Shown here: piece after piece, positions 46,689 to 55,076 of the stretch | How positions within the stretch are numbered: position 1 is the stretch's first letter | How the letters are laid out: each line of letters opens with the position of its first letter | Position numbers and translations under genes: made by a program | Source: a virus | IMG/VR virus record: IMGVR_UViG_3300045988_159027 | Direction: 5' to 3' (one strand) | DNA: 64,000 nucleotides | The notes under the pieces: model-generated | What the model saw: only the letters and a program-made list of their open reading frames with translations | What the model was told of the DNA's origin: nothing | Databases searched by the model: none

Positions 46689-47129
46689 ATGAATTGCAGC
46701 GAGAATTATTACGAGTTGATAGGCAGCATTGAAGCTTATCCGGACGACGCGGTTACGTTTTCCCGCCCGTTCAATATTGAGAAGAAAAGTGACAAACCTG
46801 ATTTTTCTGTGTCGGGCGACCGTAAGATTTCCATTCAGATGAAACCGAAATCGGGGAGCCTGAAGGAGAGCGCGGAAACCAGCGTGGCCGGCGACTCTTA
46901 CGAAGTGACGGTGAGTTGGGAGGTAGAGAGGGTGACGCAAGAAACCTATTTACAGCTTGAAACGCTGAAAAACAGCACTAACCATTTGATTGTAAGAACA
47001 TTTGGCGACGGTGAAATGTTTGTGCGTGCCGTGAGCGACGGTTATGAATTTCAGTATGAGGAAGGCGACGGCGTGATTTCGTGCACACTCACCATCCGCA
47101 ACGTGACCGGCGCACAGCGTGTGGTCTGA
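46689..47129 (+). CDS. Hypothetical (possibly virion) protein
   Basis: 146 aa. CA-rich leader. A standard TTTG-N20-TATTTTCA promoter-like element lies at 46635-46666. Confidence 0.55.
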   Translation: MNCSENYYELIGSIEAYPDDAVTFSRPFNIEKKSDKPDFSVSGDRKISIQMKPKSGSLKESAETSVAGDSYEVTVSWEVERVTQETYLQLETLKNSTNHLIVRTFGDGEMFVRAVSDGYEFQYEEGDGVISCTLTIRNVTGAQRVV

Positions 47130-47436
47130 CATCTACACCTTATTATATATATTGCTTTTTTCTTTCCGTTGGAATGCCGTTCCTGCGTACGTGTGTGGGG
47201 CGGCATTTTTTCTTTGGGCCTTTCTTTTTGTGCGCGTTTTTCTTTTGTCCTGCAGGTAAATCTTCATTATTGTATTTGTGACATTCTTCAATTTCTTTGC
47301 GTCCGCCGCAAATTTCTTTTTTTCGCGCGAAGTCCGTGTGTTTTACAACATGCTCATTCTTAGCAGGTTTTTATTTGCGGAGAAAATCCGGCTTTCCATC
47401 CGGATAAATCTGTGATTCACGCGGTTAATCTTTCTT

Positions 47437-47475
47437 TTGTGTCCTTCATTACCGCTTCGCGCGTGCGTAATTTCG
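47437..47475 (+). promoter_or_regulatory. Class-II promoter-like element TTTGTGTCCTTCA-N19-TAATTTCG
   Basis: GTCCTTCA at 47441-47448, TAATTTCG at 47468-47475, 30 nt upstream of the protease gene. Confidence 0.5.
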
Positions 47476-47504
47476 TGATGTAATCAATTAATTATCAAAC
47501 GAAA

Positions 47505-49079
47505 ATGGCAACAAGAGCATTTCACGAAATCATGTCTACGCGATTCTGGGACTTTTACCCCGAGTCTCTGCATGCTTACCGGAGAACGATTCTTGACAAC
47601 ATTGCCTCACACCGTCCTTACAAGAAGCCGGACGAGCGGACCGACCGACCTTACTTCCTTTCTTCGCGCGACGGGTTTACGGAGAAAACCTACGTGGGTA
47701 ATTACGACCGCATAACCTACTGGTACGATTTGGAAGAAGACGACCGCATCATTTCGGTTATCGACGTACAGGGCCCCATTCTTCGTAATGGCGACCTGTG
47801 TTCCTACGGAAGCAAGGAACACAAGGACATCATCATGCGTGCTTCTGACGATGCGCATACCATCGGATTTATTATCGAGATGGACAGCCCGGGCGGTAGC
47901 AGCATGGCGAAGTACGACTATGAGATGGCCCTCAACTACGCCCGATCAAAAGGGAAGAAGATTGTGGGTCACATCGACGGGATGTCCTGCAGTGCCGGTT
48001 ATGCGCTGATGGCTCTGTGCGACGAAGTGTATTTCACCAATCCGCACGACACGGTGGGATGTATCGGTACTATGTGCGCGATGCTCACTAACAAGGACGG
48101 CGATGTGAACACCGTGACTCAGGAACGGTACGCCGAGATTTACGCCGACGGATCTCCTTATAAGAACAAGGAGTACCGCGACGCGGCCGAGGGGAACTAT
48201 GACGGCATCAAGGAAGAGCTGAACCGGCTTTGTGTCGATTTCCAGCAGATGGTACGCGAGCGCCGTCCCAGAGTGACGGACGACCAGCTGACCGGAAAAA
48301 CTTTTGATGCGGGCGATGTGGTGGGTACCATGGTCGACGGTCAGGGCGACTTCAAGTTCTGCGTGAACCGCGTGCAGCAGCTGGCCGGAGTGAGTCAGAG
48401 TCAGAAAGGAAATTCGTCCGGAGCCTCATGCGAAGACAGCAAATCGGCAGGAATCAAGGAAGAAAAGCAGCCGGGAACACAGGAACAGGCTTCTGTGGAG
48501 CAGCCGGCATCAGATAAAACAGAATCACAAACTCAAAAACAAGCAACTATGGCAAAAAGCTATCCATTTATTCAGTCGGCTGCAAAGGTAAACTCCCTGG
48601 TAGTCGAAGAAAACGGCGGTTTCTACATGGTGGAAACCATGGCGGACAATGTAGAAGAGTTCGTCATGAAAGCTAAACAGACGGAATCTACGCTGGCTGC
48701 AAAACTCACGGAAGTAGAACAGCTTAACGCAACCATCGAACAGATGAAGAAAGACCATGCGGAAGCACTGGCCAACCTGAAAGCGGAACACGAAAAAGAG
48801 GTTTCTTCATTGAAGGACGCTCATAAGAAGGAATCGGAAGAACTGACAGCGAAGCTGAATGAAGCTCAGAAGAGCATCGAACAGAAGGATGCGGAAATCA
48901 AGGAGCTGAGCGAAACGGCACAGCTGGAACCTACTCCGCAGGACCCGCCGAAAGACAACAACGGAGGTCAGGAAAGCGGACAGTTCCATGTGCAGAGCGT
49001 ATGCGGTGAAAACATGAGCTGGGGCGAAAAAGCTGAAGCCCGCCGCAAGCGTGATGCTGAAATCAGCAAAGCACGATAA
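47505..49079 (+). CDS. S49 (SppA/ClpP-fold) prohead protease fused to a coiled-coil scaffold-like C-terminus
   Basis: IIEMDSPGGS and GMSCSAGYAL motifs. The C-terminal ~200 aa are Glu/Lys/Gln-rich coiled coil. Immediately upstream of the capsid gene. Confidence 0.8.
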   Translation: MATRAFHEIMSTRFWDFYPESLHAYRRTILDNIASHRPYKKPDERTDRPYFLSSRDGFTEKTYVGNYDRITYWYDLEEDDRIISVIDVQGPILRNGDLCSYGSKEHKDIIMRASDDAHTIGFIIEMDSPGGSSMAKYDYEMALNYARSKGKKIVGHIDGMSCSAGYALMALCDEVYFTNPHDTVGCIGTMCAMLTNKDGDVNTVTQERYAEIYADGSPYKNKEYRDAAEGNYDGIKEELNRLCVDFQQMVRERRPRVTDDQLTGKTFDAGDVVGTMVDGQGDFKFCVNRVQQLAGVSQSQKGNSSGASCEDSKSAGIKEEKQPGTQEQASVEQPASDKTESQTQKQATMAKSYPFIQSAAKVNSLVVEENGGFYMVETMADNVEEFVMKAKQTESTLAAKLTEVEQLNATIEQMKKDHAEALANLKAEHEKEVSSLKDAHKKESEELTAKLNEAQKSIEQKDAEIKELSETAQLEPTPQDPPKDNNGGQESGQFHVQSVCGENMSWGEKAEARRKRDAEISKAR

Positions 49080-49122
49080 GAGATAAGAACACGACACAAA
49101 AACTAAACCAGACACAAACAAT

Positions 49123-50376
49123 ATGGCTACAAAGTTATACGCACTCAGTGAAGAGAATGTATCGCATGTAAAAGACATTCTTGCTCCGGACATCATCGAA
49201 AGCCCGGTTCTCGATAACATGGCAGTGTTCAACAAACTTCGCATCAAGGTTATCGAAGATATTGAATACGCACAGACTCAAATCATTTTCCGTCGTAAGG
49301 GTGGTGAAGCCCGCCGTTACAAGGAAGGTTCTACGCTGAAGTCAACCCTTGGTTTCATGGACGAAAGCAAACTGGTGATGAACCAGATTTGGTCACGTTA
49401 CTACGAAAACCTTCAGAACTTCCGCGAAAAACAGCCGTTCAGCATCCTGGGTTCAAACGGAACCTACAATGCACCGGTTACAGAATTTATCCTTCGTCAG
49501 ATTGGTAAGCAGTTTGCCGGCGATAACCTGAGCAACCTTTTCTTCGGTAACATTGAATTGGGAGAAGACGACCCGCTCAGTCTGTACAACGGTTACTGGA
49601 CTATCATTAACAACCTTATTAATCAGGGTAAGATTTCTTCCAAGGAAGGAAACCTTGTGGCTTGCGACCCGATTAACGAAGGTCCTGAAACTCAGGATGG
49701 AGAATACTTCGACGCATTTGTAGAATGGGTGGAAGGATGGCATCCGCTGTTGCGTAACGCTCAGGAAGTAATCGTTTACATGTCGCCGAAGCAGAAGCGA
49801 CTCATTACCCACAGCTACATGCGTAAGTTTACCGGATTGCAGACTACAAGTGCAGGCGGTGAAGGATTCTCATTCGTGGGAATGGAAAACATCAAGATTG
49901 TAACCGACGGTATTATTGGTAAGGGTAATCGTATGATTGCAACTCTCCCTGAAAACCTGCAGTTCGGTCTTGACCGTGCAAGCGACTGGAACTCGGTGAT
50001 GATGAGTCACGACCCGAACGACTTGAACGTGCTGATTTTCCAGGTACAGTCTACCGTAGGCGCACGTATTCTGGACATCGCACCATCCAAGTTCTGTGTG
50101 AGCGACGGTACTATCGAACAGATTGAACAGCTGAACGGTGACTACCAGAAGAATACCCTGACCGTTACTTCCAACAACGAAGAATGGGGTAAGGTAACGC
50201 TGTCTCCGCAAAAGGATGTATATACGAAGGACGAAACCGTGAAACTGACTCCTGCTGCTGAATCTGGATACAAGTTCAAGGCATGGAGCGACGGTGCAAC
50301 AATCTCTCCGCGTGACATTGTTTACAACGGATACCCGACCTACCTTCAGGCCATCTTCGAACCGGAAGGCGAATAA
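49123..50376 (+). CDS. Major capsid protein candidate with C-terminal InlB B-repeat-like domain
   Basis: Position after the protease/scaffold, 417 aa, CA-rich leader. The C-terminal segment WGKVTLSPQKDVYTKDETVKLTPAAESGYKFKAWSDG fits the Listeria-Bacteroides repeat pattern. Confidence 0.65.
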   Translation: MATKLYALSEENVSHVKDILAPDIIESPVLDNMAVFNKLRIKVIEDIEYAQTQIIFRRKGGEARRYKEGSTLKSTLGFMDESKLVMNQIWSRYYENLQNFREKQPFSILGSNGTYNAPVTEFILRQIGKQFAGDNLSNLFFGNIELGEDDPLSLYNGYWTIINNLINQGKISSKEGNLVACDPINEGPETQDGEYFDAFVEWVEGWHPLLRNAQEVIVYMSPKQKRLITHSYMRKFTGLQTTSAGGEGFSFVGMENIKIVTDGIIGKGNRMIATLPENLQFGLDRASDWNSVMMSHDPNDLNVLIFQVQSTVGARILDIAPSKFCVSDGTIEQIEQLNGDYQKNTLTVTSNNEEWGKVTLSPQKDVYTKDETVKLTPAAESGYKFKAWSDGATISPRDIVYNGYPTYLQAIFEPEGE

Positions 50377-50458
50377 TAACCCGCCCGCTGAGATAAAACA
50401 GGCTGCCAAGTTTGGCAGCCTTCACAACACAAACACAAACTTTTAAAACCAGACAATT

Positions 50459-51001
50459 ATGGCAGAATTATCATGCGACTTAATGGATATTGGTCAGGCT
50501 GCTGCCGGTTGCGAAGAACAGTTTGCCGGTATCGGTAATCAGATATATGTAGCCTATCCGGAAGATTTGAAAGCACCTCCCACATACGATGAGAGAAAAG
50601 CGGCTTTTGCTTCAGGAGCATTTACTTTCAAGGCCAGTAAAGGAGCCTGGAAGTTCCGTATTAAGAAACAGAGCGGACAGATTTCTTCAACTGGTAACGA
50701 AGGGGCAAAAGGATACAACGTACAGCTGATGTTTACCATAGACAAGGACGTGGAAAACGCAGCTCATGTGCTCCGCATCCTGAAAAACCGTGGTGACGCT
50801 ATTTTCTTTGCAGAAAACCCGTCAGGAGGTTATTACGTAGTGTACGACCCTACTTTCGGTACGGAAGTTAACAACAACTACGACAGTGGTACTACTCCGG
50901 ATTCTGATAGCGGTCATGCAGTAACTGTTACCAGCAACCCGAACAGATACTCCCTGACTACCTGGGACGGAACTCTGACTATCAAATCGGGACTGGGATA
51001 A
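50459..51001 (+). CDS. Abundant virion protein candidate, tandem paralog 1
   Basis: 180 aa. Near-identical to the next gene except for residues ~38-60 and the C-terminal tail. Confidence 0.65.
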   Translation: MAELSCDLMDIGQAAAGCEEQFAGIGNQIYVAYPEDLKAPPTYDERKAAFASGAFTFKASKGAWKFRIKKQSGQISSTGNEGAKGYNVQLMFTIDKDVENAAHVLRILKNRGDAIFFAENPSGGYYVVYDPTFGTEVNNNYDSGTTPDSDSGHAVTVTSNPNRYSLTTWDGTLTIKSGLG

Positions 51002-51031
51002 CGATTATACAAACTTCAAAATAAGACAATT

Positions 51032-51589
51032 ATGGCAGAATTATCATGTGACTTAATGGATATTGGTCAGGCTGCTGCCGGTTGCGATGAACAGTTTGCC
51101 GGTATCGGTAATCAGATTTATGTCGCTTATCCGGAAGACCTTACGGCAAAGCCTGTATATGAAGCATCTAAAGCTGCATTTACTGAAGCTTCTTTTGCTT
51201 TTTCTCCTGGTAAGGGAGCGTGGAAGTTCCGTATCAAGAAACAGAGCGGTCAGATTTCTTCAACTGGTAACGAAGGTGCAAAGGGCTATAACGTACAGCT
51301 GATGTTTACCATCGACAAGGACGTGGAAAACGCAGCCCATGTGCTCCGTATCCTGAAGAACCGTGGTGACGCTATTTTCTTTGCGGAAAACCCTGCAGGA
51401 GGTTATTACGTAGTGTACGATCCTACTTTTGGTACGGAAGTGAACAACAACTACGATAGCGGTACCACTCCGGATTCTGACAGCGGTCATGCGGTAACAG
51501 TGACCAGCAACCCGAACCGCTACTCCCTGACTACCTGGTCGGGTACATTGACGCTGAAATCAGAGGCAAGTTCAGAAGATGGAGGATAA
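51032..51589 (+). CDS. Abundant virion protein candidate, tandem paralog 2
   Basis: 185 aa. See 50459..51001. Confidence 0.65.
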   Translation: MAELSCDLMDIGQAAAGCDEQFAGIGNQIYVAYPEDLTAKPVYEASKAAFTEASFAFSPGKGAWKFRIKKQSGQISSTGNEGAKGYNVQLMFTIDKDVENAAHVLRILKNRGDAIFFAENPAGGYYVVYDPTFGTEVNNNYDSGTTPDSDSGHAVTVTSNPNRYSLTTWSGTLTLKSEASSEDGG

Positions 51590-51631
51590 CCGTTTGATTT
51601 GCATATTCTAACAAACGAAAAAGTGGATGAA

Positions 51632-51667
51632 AGTCCGGCACTTGCTAATCGGTGCCGGACTTTTTTA
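51632..51667 (+). terminator. Rho-independent terminator
   Basis: AGTCCGGCAC / GTGCCGGACT 10-bp stem followed by TTTTTT. Confidence 0.8.
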
Positions 51668-51703
51668 TGTCCTTCAACGACATATAGGTTTTCCCTACTT
51701 TTG
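51665..51703 (+). promoter_or_regulatory. Class-II promoter-like element TTATGTCCTTCA-N19-TACTTTTG
   Basis: GTCCTTCA at 51669-51676, TACTTTTG at 51696-51703, 28 nt upstream of 51731. Confidence 0.5.
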
Positions 51704-51730
51704 GGGTAAAGTAATTGAAAAACAAAGGTT

Positions 51731-52933
51731 ATGATTACAGAAAAAGAATACTTAAAAGACTACAGAACCATGAACGAGGAAGAAAAGAAAGATTATCTGG
51801 ACCGGGTGAAACGATGGACGGACGAAACTTTTCCGGAACTGCTGGCGCTGGCCGAATGCTGGATGAAGGTGCCTGTGAAGGATTTCGACGAAGGATGCCG
51901 TCTGGTGTCGGCCATTGTGCGGGCAAAGGATTTCCTTCGCGACGTACAGCGCTATGAAGCCCGCCGTGCACTCAACAAGATGAACCTGTTCCTGCAGGAA
52001 GTACGGAAGAAATCCGGACTGGCCAAGAAAGCCACTCGCGGTCCGGTTGGAACCGTTCGTTACAAAGCGATTGTTCCGGATGATGGTGCGCCCGATGAAG
52101 AAGGAAACATGACCGCACGCCAGTACGAAGAGCAGGAAGTGGACGGTCGCAGACCGAAAGAATTTGCCCTCTATAAAGATAAGCTGCCGAAATCTCTCCG
52201 CGACAAGGGAGAAAAAGAACTTTCCACCATGTACCTGGAACTGGCCGAGTATCGCGGCACGCTGGAAGTAATGGCCGAAAATCCCAACGTAAGCGACGAA
52301 GCACGCGCGGACATGGCCAAGAAAGCCATCGCATCCGAGCAGAAAATCCGCGCGTTCTGGACCAATGTGGATGCAGCACTGAACGGTACCTACACCGAGC
52401 AGGAAACTTCCACAGCCGACAGCATGAAACGTCCTGGCGACTTTACCCGTGCCGAGATAGAAGCCATGAAGGATGTACGCCAGCAGGAAGTATGCCGCAA
52501 GGCCCGCGTGGAAGGAAACAAGAAATACATCAACCGCAGCGACGTGAAGATTACCGAGGAGTACAAGGAACAGCTTCGCCTTCGTATCGAGGAGCTGATG
52601 GAATGGGGAGAAAACCTGCCTAAGAAAACGGCAGAAGTAGCTACTGCAGCCGGTATCTCCATTCCCGGTGTAAACGCTCCGGTTGTATCCGTACAGGCAG
52701 AGACAAAGCCTGCTGACACGGAAAATCAGGAGCCAAAGGTATCGGAAGGAAAAGCAGAAAAACGATCCGAAAATACCGAAAAACGTACAGAAAATGAGGA
52801 AAAGCGTGCCGAAACAACGGAAAACCGTACAAAAACGGCGGAAGAACCGAAAAAAACTACAGAAACCGCACGCAAGAAAGTAGATCCTACTGAAAGTGTA
52901 ACTGAAGGTCAGATGAAAGGAGGTGCGTTATGA
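51731..52933 (+). CDS. Hypothetical highly charged helical protein
   Basis: 400 aa. The C-terminal third is Lys/Glu/Thr-rich with low complexity. Not portal-like by eye. Confidence 0.55.
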   Translation: MITEKEYLKDYRTMNEEEKKDYLDRVKRWTDETFPELLALAECWMKVPVKDFDEGCRLVSAIVRAKDFLRDVQRYEARRALNKMNLFLQEVRKKSGLAKKATRGPVGTVRYKAIVPDDGAPDEEGNMTARQYEEQEVDGRRPKEFALYKDKLPKSLRDKGEKELSTMYLELAEYRGTLEVMAENPNVSDEARADMAKKAIASEQKIRAFWTNVDAALNGTYTEQETSTADSMKRPGDFTRAEIEAMKDVRQQEVCRKARVEGNKKYINRSDVKITEEYKEQLRLRIEELMEWGENLPKKTAEVATAAGISIPGVNAPVVSVQAETKPADTENQEPKVSEGKAEKRSENTEKRTENEEKRAETTENRTKTAEEPKKTTETARKKVDPTESVTEGQMKGGAL

Positions 52934-53496
52934 GAATAATTGAACCCTGCTGCTACCACAAGCAGCTGGAAGGAATGATTGACGAGTGCAGCAAAAAGCA
53001 CACGGCTGCCAACTTCTTCAGTTTTTCTGACTGGGACATGTGCGACCTCCTGGGCACGCTGTCCGGTTACTGTTCCGGTGGTGAAATGGGCATTGTCATT
53101 GTGCGGCTCGATGTAAAGCTCATACAGACCATCCGTCGTATTCTTTCGCGTGTGAAGCCCGATCCTACAAATCCGTCGAACCATATTGCTGATGTCAGCA
53201 AAATGATACTGGTAGCGCAGCCTGCATCCACAGGAGCCACCTTCAACCAGCGTCAGGAGATTCGCACGCAGTTGGGCGATTTTATCCAGTCGGGCCGGCT
53301 GGTGGTGTGTGAGGACAATGTGGGTTTCCGCTGCGTCACGGTGAAGAGCAAATCGCACAGACTGGTTATCCAGGGAAGCCTGAACACCCAGCGCAGCAAC
53401 TCCATGCAGATGTTCACACTTACCACTTCTCCGGAAGAGTATGAGAATGTGGCGGAGATGTTTCGGATGAAGGAGCATACGAAAAAGGTTTTATGA
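52930..53496 (+). CDS. Hypothetical protein
   Basis: 188 aa. Start overlaps the previous stop. Confidence 0.55.
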   Translation: MRIIEPCCYHKQLEGMIDECSKKHTAANFFSFSDWDMCDLLGTLSGYCSGGEMGIVIVRLDVKLIQTIRRILSRVKPDPTNPSNHIADVSKMILVAQPASTGATFNQRQEIRTQLGDFIQSGRLVVCEDNVGFRCVTVKSKSHRLVIQGSLNTQRSNSMQMFTLTTSPEEYENVAEMFRMKEHTKKVL

Positions 53497-53538
53497 TTTT
53501 TCGGGCAGAAGTACATAAGAACATATTCATTGAATGAT

Positions 53539-53574
53539 GTAAAAATAAGCATGTTTCGATGTGCTTATTTTTAC
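53539..53574 (+). terminator. AT-rich hairpin terminator
   Basis: GTAAAAATAAGCA / TGCTTATTTTTAC 13-bp stem. Confidence 0.6.
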
Positions 53575-53629
53575 ATTAAAAGTTAAATAGTTGTTTTTCA
53601 GATTAATACAATATTAAATTAAGAAGATT

Positions 53630-54337
53630 ATGAAGAAATTTATTAGAACAGAAGAAGTACAGGCTACAGAAGCTATTCTGAAAGGTGGTAATATTTACCT
53701 TCCTACGGATGCAATCCCCAAAACGATGGAACCGAGAGTGGAAGGATACAAGGTAGTAGATTCCAATGGATGCGTCAGTTTTATTCCAAAAGCGGAATTT
53801 GAGAAAAGGTACAAATGTGTTGAAACTTTCATTGACAGAATGATGATTGAAGACGAAGAGCTATCAGAAAAGTATGAAAAGTGTAGCTCATTCGTAGATT
53901 CAGAAAAATTCCGTGAGGTAATCAAAGAAGATTATCCAGCTTTTCTTATGCACCTTCAAAGAGAAGCTATGGGAAGCTATCTTGGGACTTTACATAACCG
54001 TATTGAATATGCAAACGGTAGCAAAACGAAGTGTAATACCTTATACAGTTTTGGTGAAGCAATAGAAGCTTTAAAGTTTGGCCTTTGTATCCGCAGAAAA
54101 GGATGGAATGGTAAAGGTATGTTTGTCGTCAAGCAGGTACCTTCACACATTGGGAACGATGTAATACCGAAAATGCAATCACTCCCTCAATCCGCCAAAG
54201 ACATCATCCTGAAAGGAAAAGGATTTATTGATTACACGTGCCAGTGTCTTATTTACAATGAGAATACCGGTCGTGCTGACTCATGGAATCCTTACATAGC
54301 GGATGTATTCGCAGAAGACTGGGAGATTTTACAATGA
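53630..54337 (+). CDS. DUF2829 (Tad2-like) domain protein with helical N-terminal extension
   Basis: The C-terminal half has FGEAIEALKFGLCIRRKGWNGKGMFVV...ADSWNPYIADVFAEDWEIL, the DUF2829 hallmark. AT-rich gene bracketed by hairpins. Confidence 0.7.
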   Translation: MKKFIRTEEVQATEAILKGGNIYLPTDAIPKTMEPRVEGYKVVDSNGCVSFIPKAEFEKRYKCVETFIDRMMIEDEELSEKYEKCSSFVDSEKFREVIKEDYPAFLMHLQREAMGSYLGTLHNRIEYANGSKTKCNTLYSFGEAIEALKFGLCIRRKGWNGKGMFVVKQVPSHIGNDVIPKMQSLPQSAKDIILKGKGFIDYTCQCLIYNENTGRADSWNPYIADVFAEDWEILQ

Positions 54338-54350
54338 TACAAATCTAAAG

Positions 54351-54385
54351 AATCAGGGGAAATCAGTTAAACATTTCCCCTGATT
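54351..54385 (+). terminator. Hairpin terminator
   Basis: AATCAGGGGAAAT / ATTTCCCCTGATT 13-bp stem. Confidence 0.65.
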
Positions 54386-54413
54386 TATAAGCACAAACAC
54401 GGAAACACAAACT

Positions 54414-55073
54414 ATGGCAAGCGAAATAGCACAACGATTCTACGACCTGCTGCGGAAGCACTTTGAAACGGGTGTGCCGTGGCAGAACATGGCCTTTACC
54501 GACGAGCAGAAAAAACGGGTGGAAGTCTGCCTGGATGCGTACAAGCGCTTTGAGGAGGACCCGTTCATGAATCTGCGTCAGTACATCATCAACCGGTGGA
54601 AACGCACGTACAGCCAGTTGGGAGGCGACCTGAAGGTGATAGACTTCATTTCGTCGTTCTACGCCAAGGGACAGCGAAACATTTCCTCGATGAAGGTGCG
54701 CCACGCCGCCGACCTGATGATGCGAAACGGAGCCGATACGGGCGACATGAAAGCGGTGTACAACGGAGCAAGCCTGCTCACCAAGATTGACCGCCTGGAT
54801 CAGCCGGAAACACCCGAGGAACTGGGCGACGAACTGATACGTATGCCGGTAGTCATTACATCGGATGTGAAGAAGAAATTCCCGAACAAAACCGGGCACG
54901 ACAGCGATGAAATGCGCCGCCTGAGAAAGAAATACGGCGTGAAGCTCGACCAGTGGCAGGAGATGGTGGAAGACGACGACGGCGTATATGTAAACGAGGG
55001 ACAAAACGCTCCGGACGAGGAATACGATGAAGTAAACCGGGACGGTTTTACACAACCGGAAGAGGAGGAATAA
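54414..55073 (+). CDS. Terminase small subunit candidate
   Basis: 219 aa. Ends 4 nt before the terminase large subunit. CA-rich leader. The call is positional only. Confidence 0.4.
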   Translation: MASEIAQRFYDLLRKHFETGVPWQNMAFTDEQKKRVEVCLDAYKRFEEDPFMNLRQYIINRWKRTYSQLGGDLKVIDFISSFYAKGQRNISSMKVRHAADLMMRNGADTGDMKAVYNGASLLTKIDRLDQPETPEELGDELIRMPVVITSDVKKKFPNKTGHDSDEMRRLRKKYGVKLDQWQEMVEDDDGVYVNEGQNAPDEEYDEVNRDGFTQPEEEE

Positions 55074-55076
55074 ACC

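Noticed and set aside
50459-51589. Diversity-generating retroelement (template/variable repeat pair).
   Set aside because: There is no reverse transcriptase ORF anywhere in the window. Differences in the variable patch involve all four bases rather than adenine-specific substitutions, and both copies are complete genes.
54363-55055. Minus-strand 230-aa ORF antisense to the putative small terminase gene.
   Set aside because: The + strand ORF has a late leader and is coupled to terL. The minus-strand translation is His/Val/Arg-rich shadow sequence.
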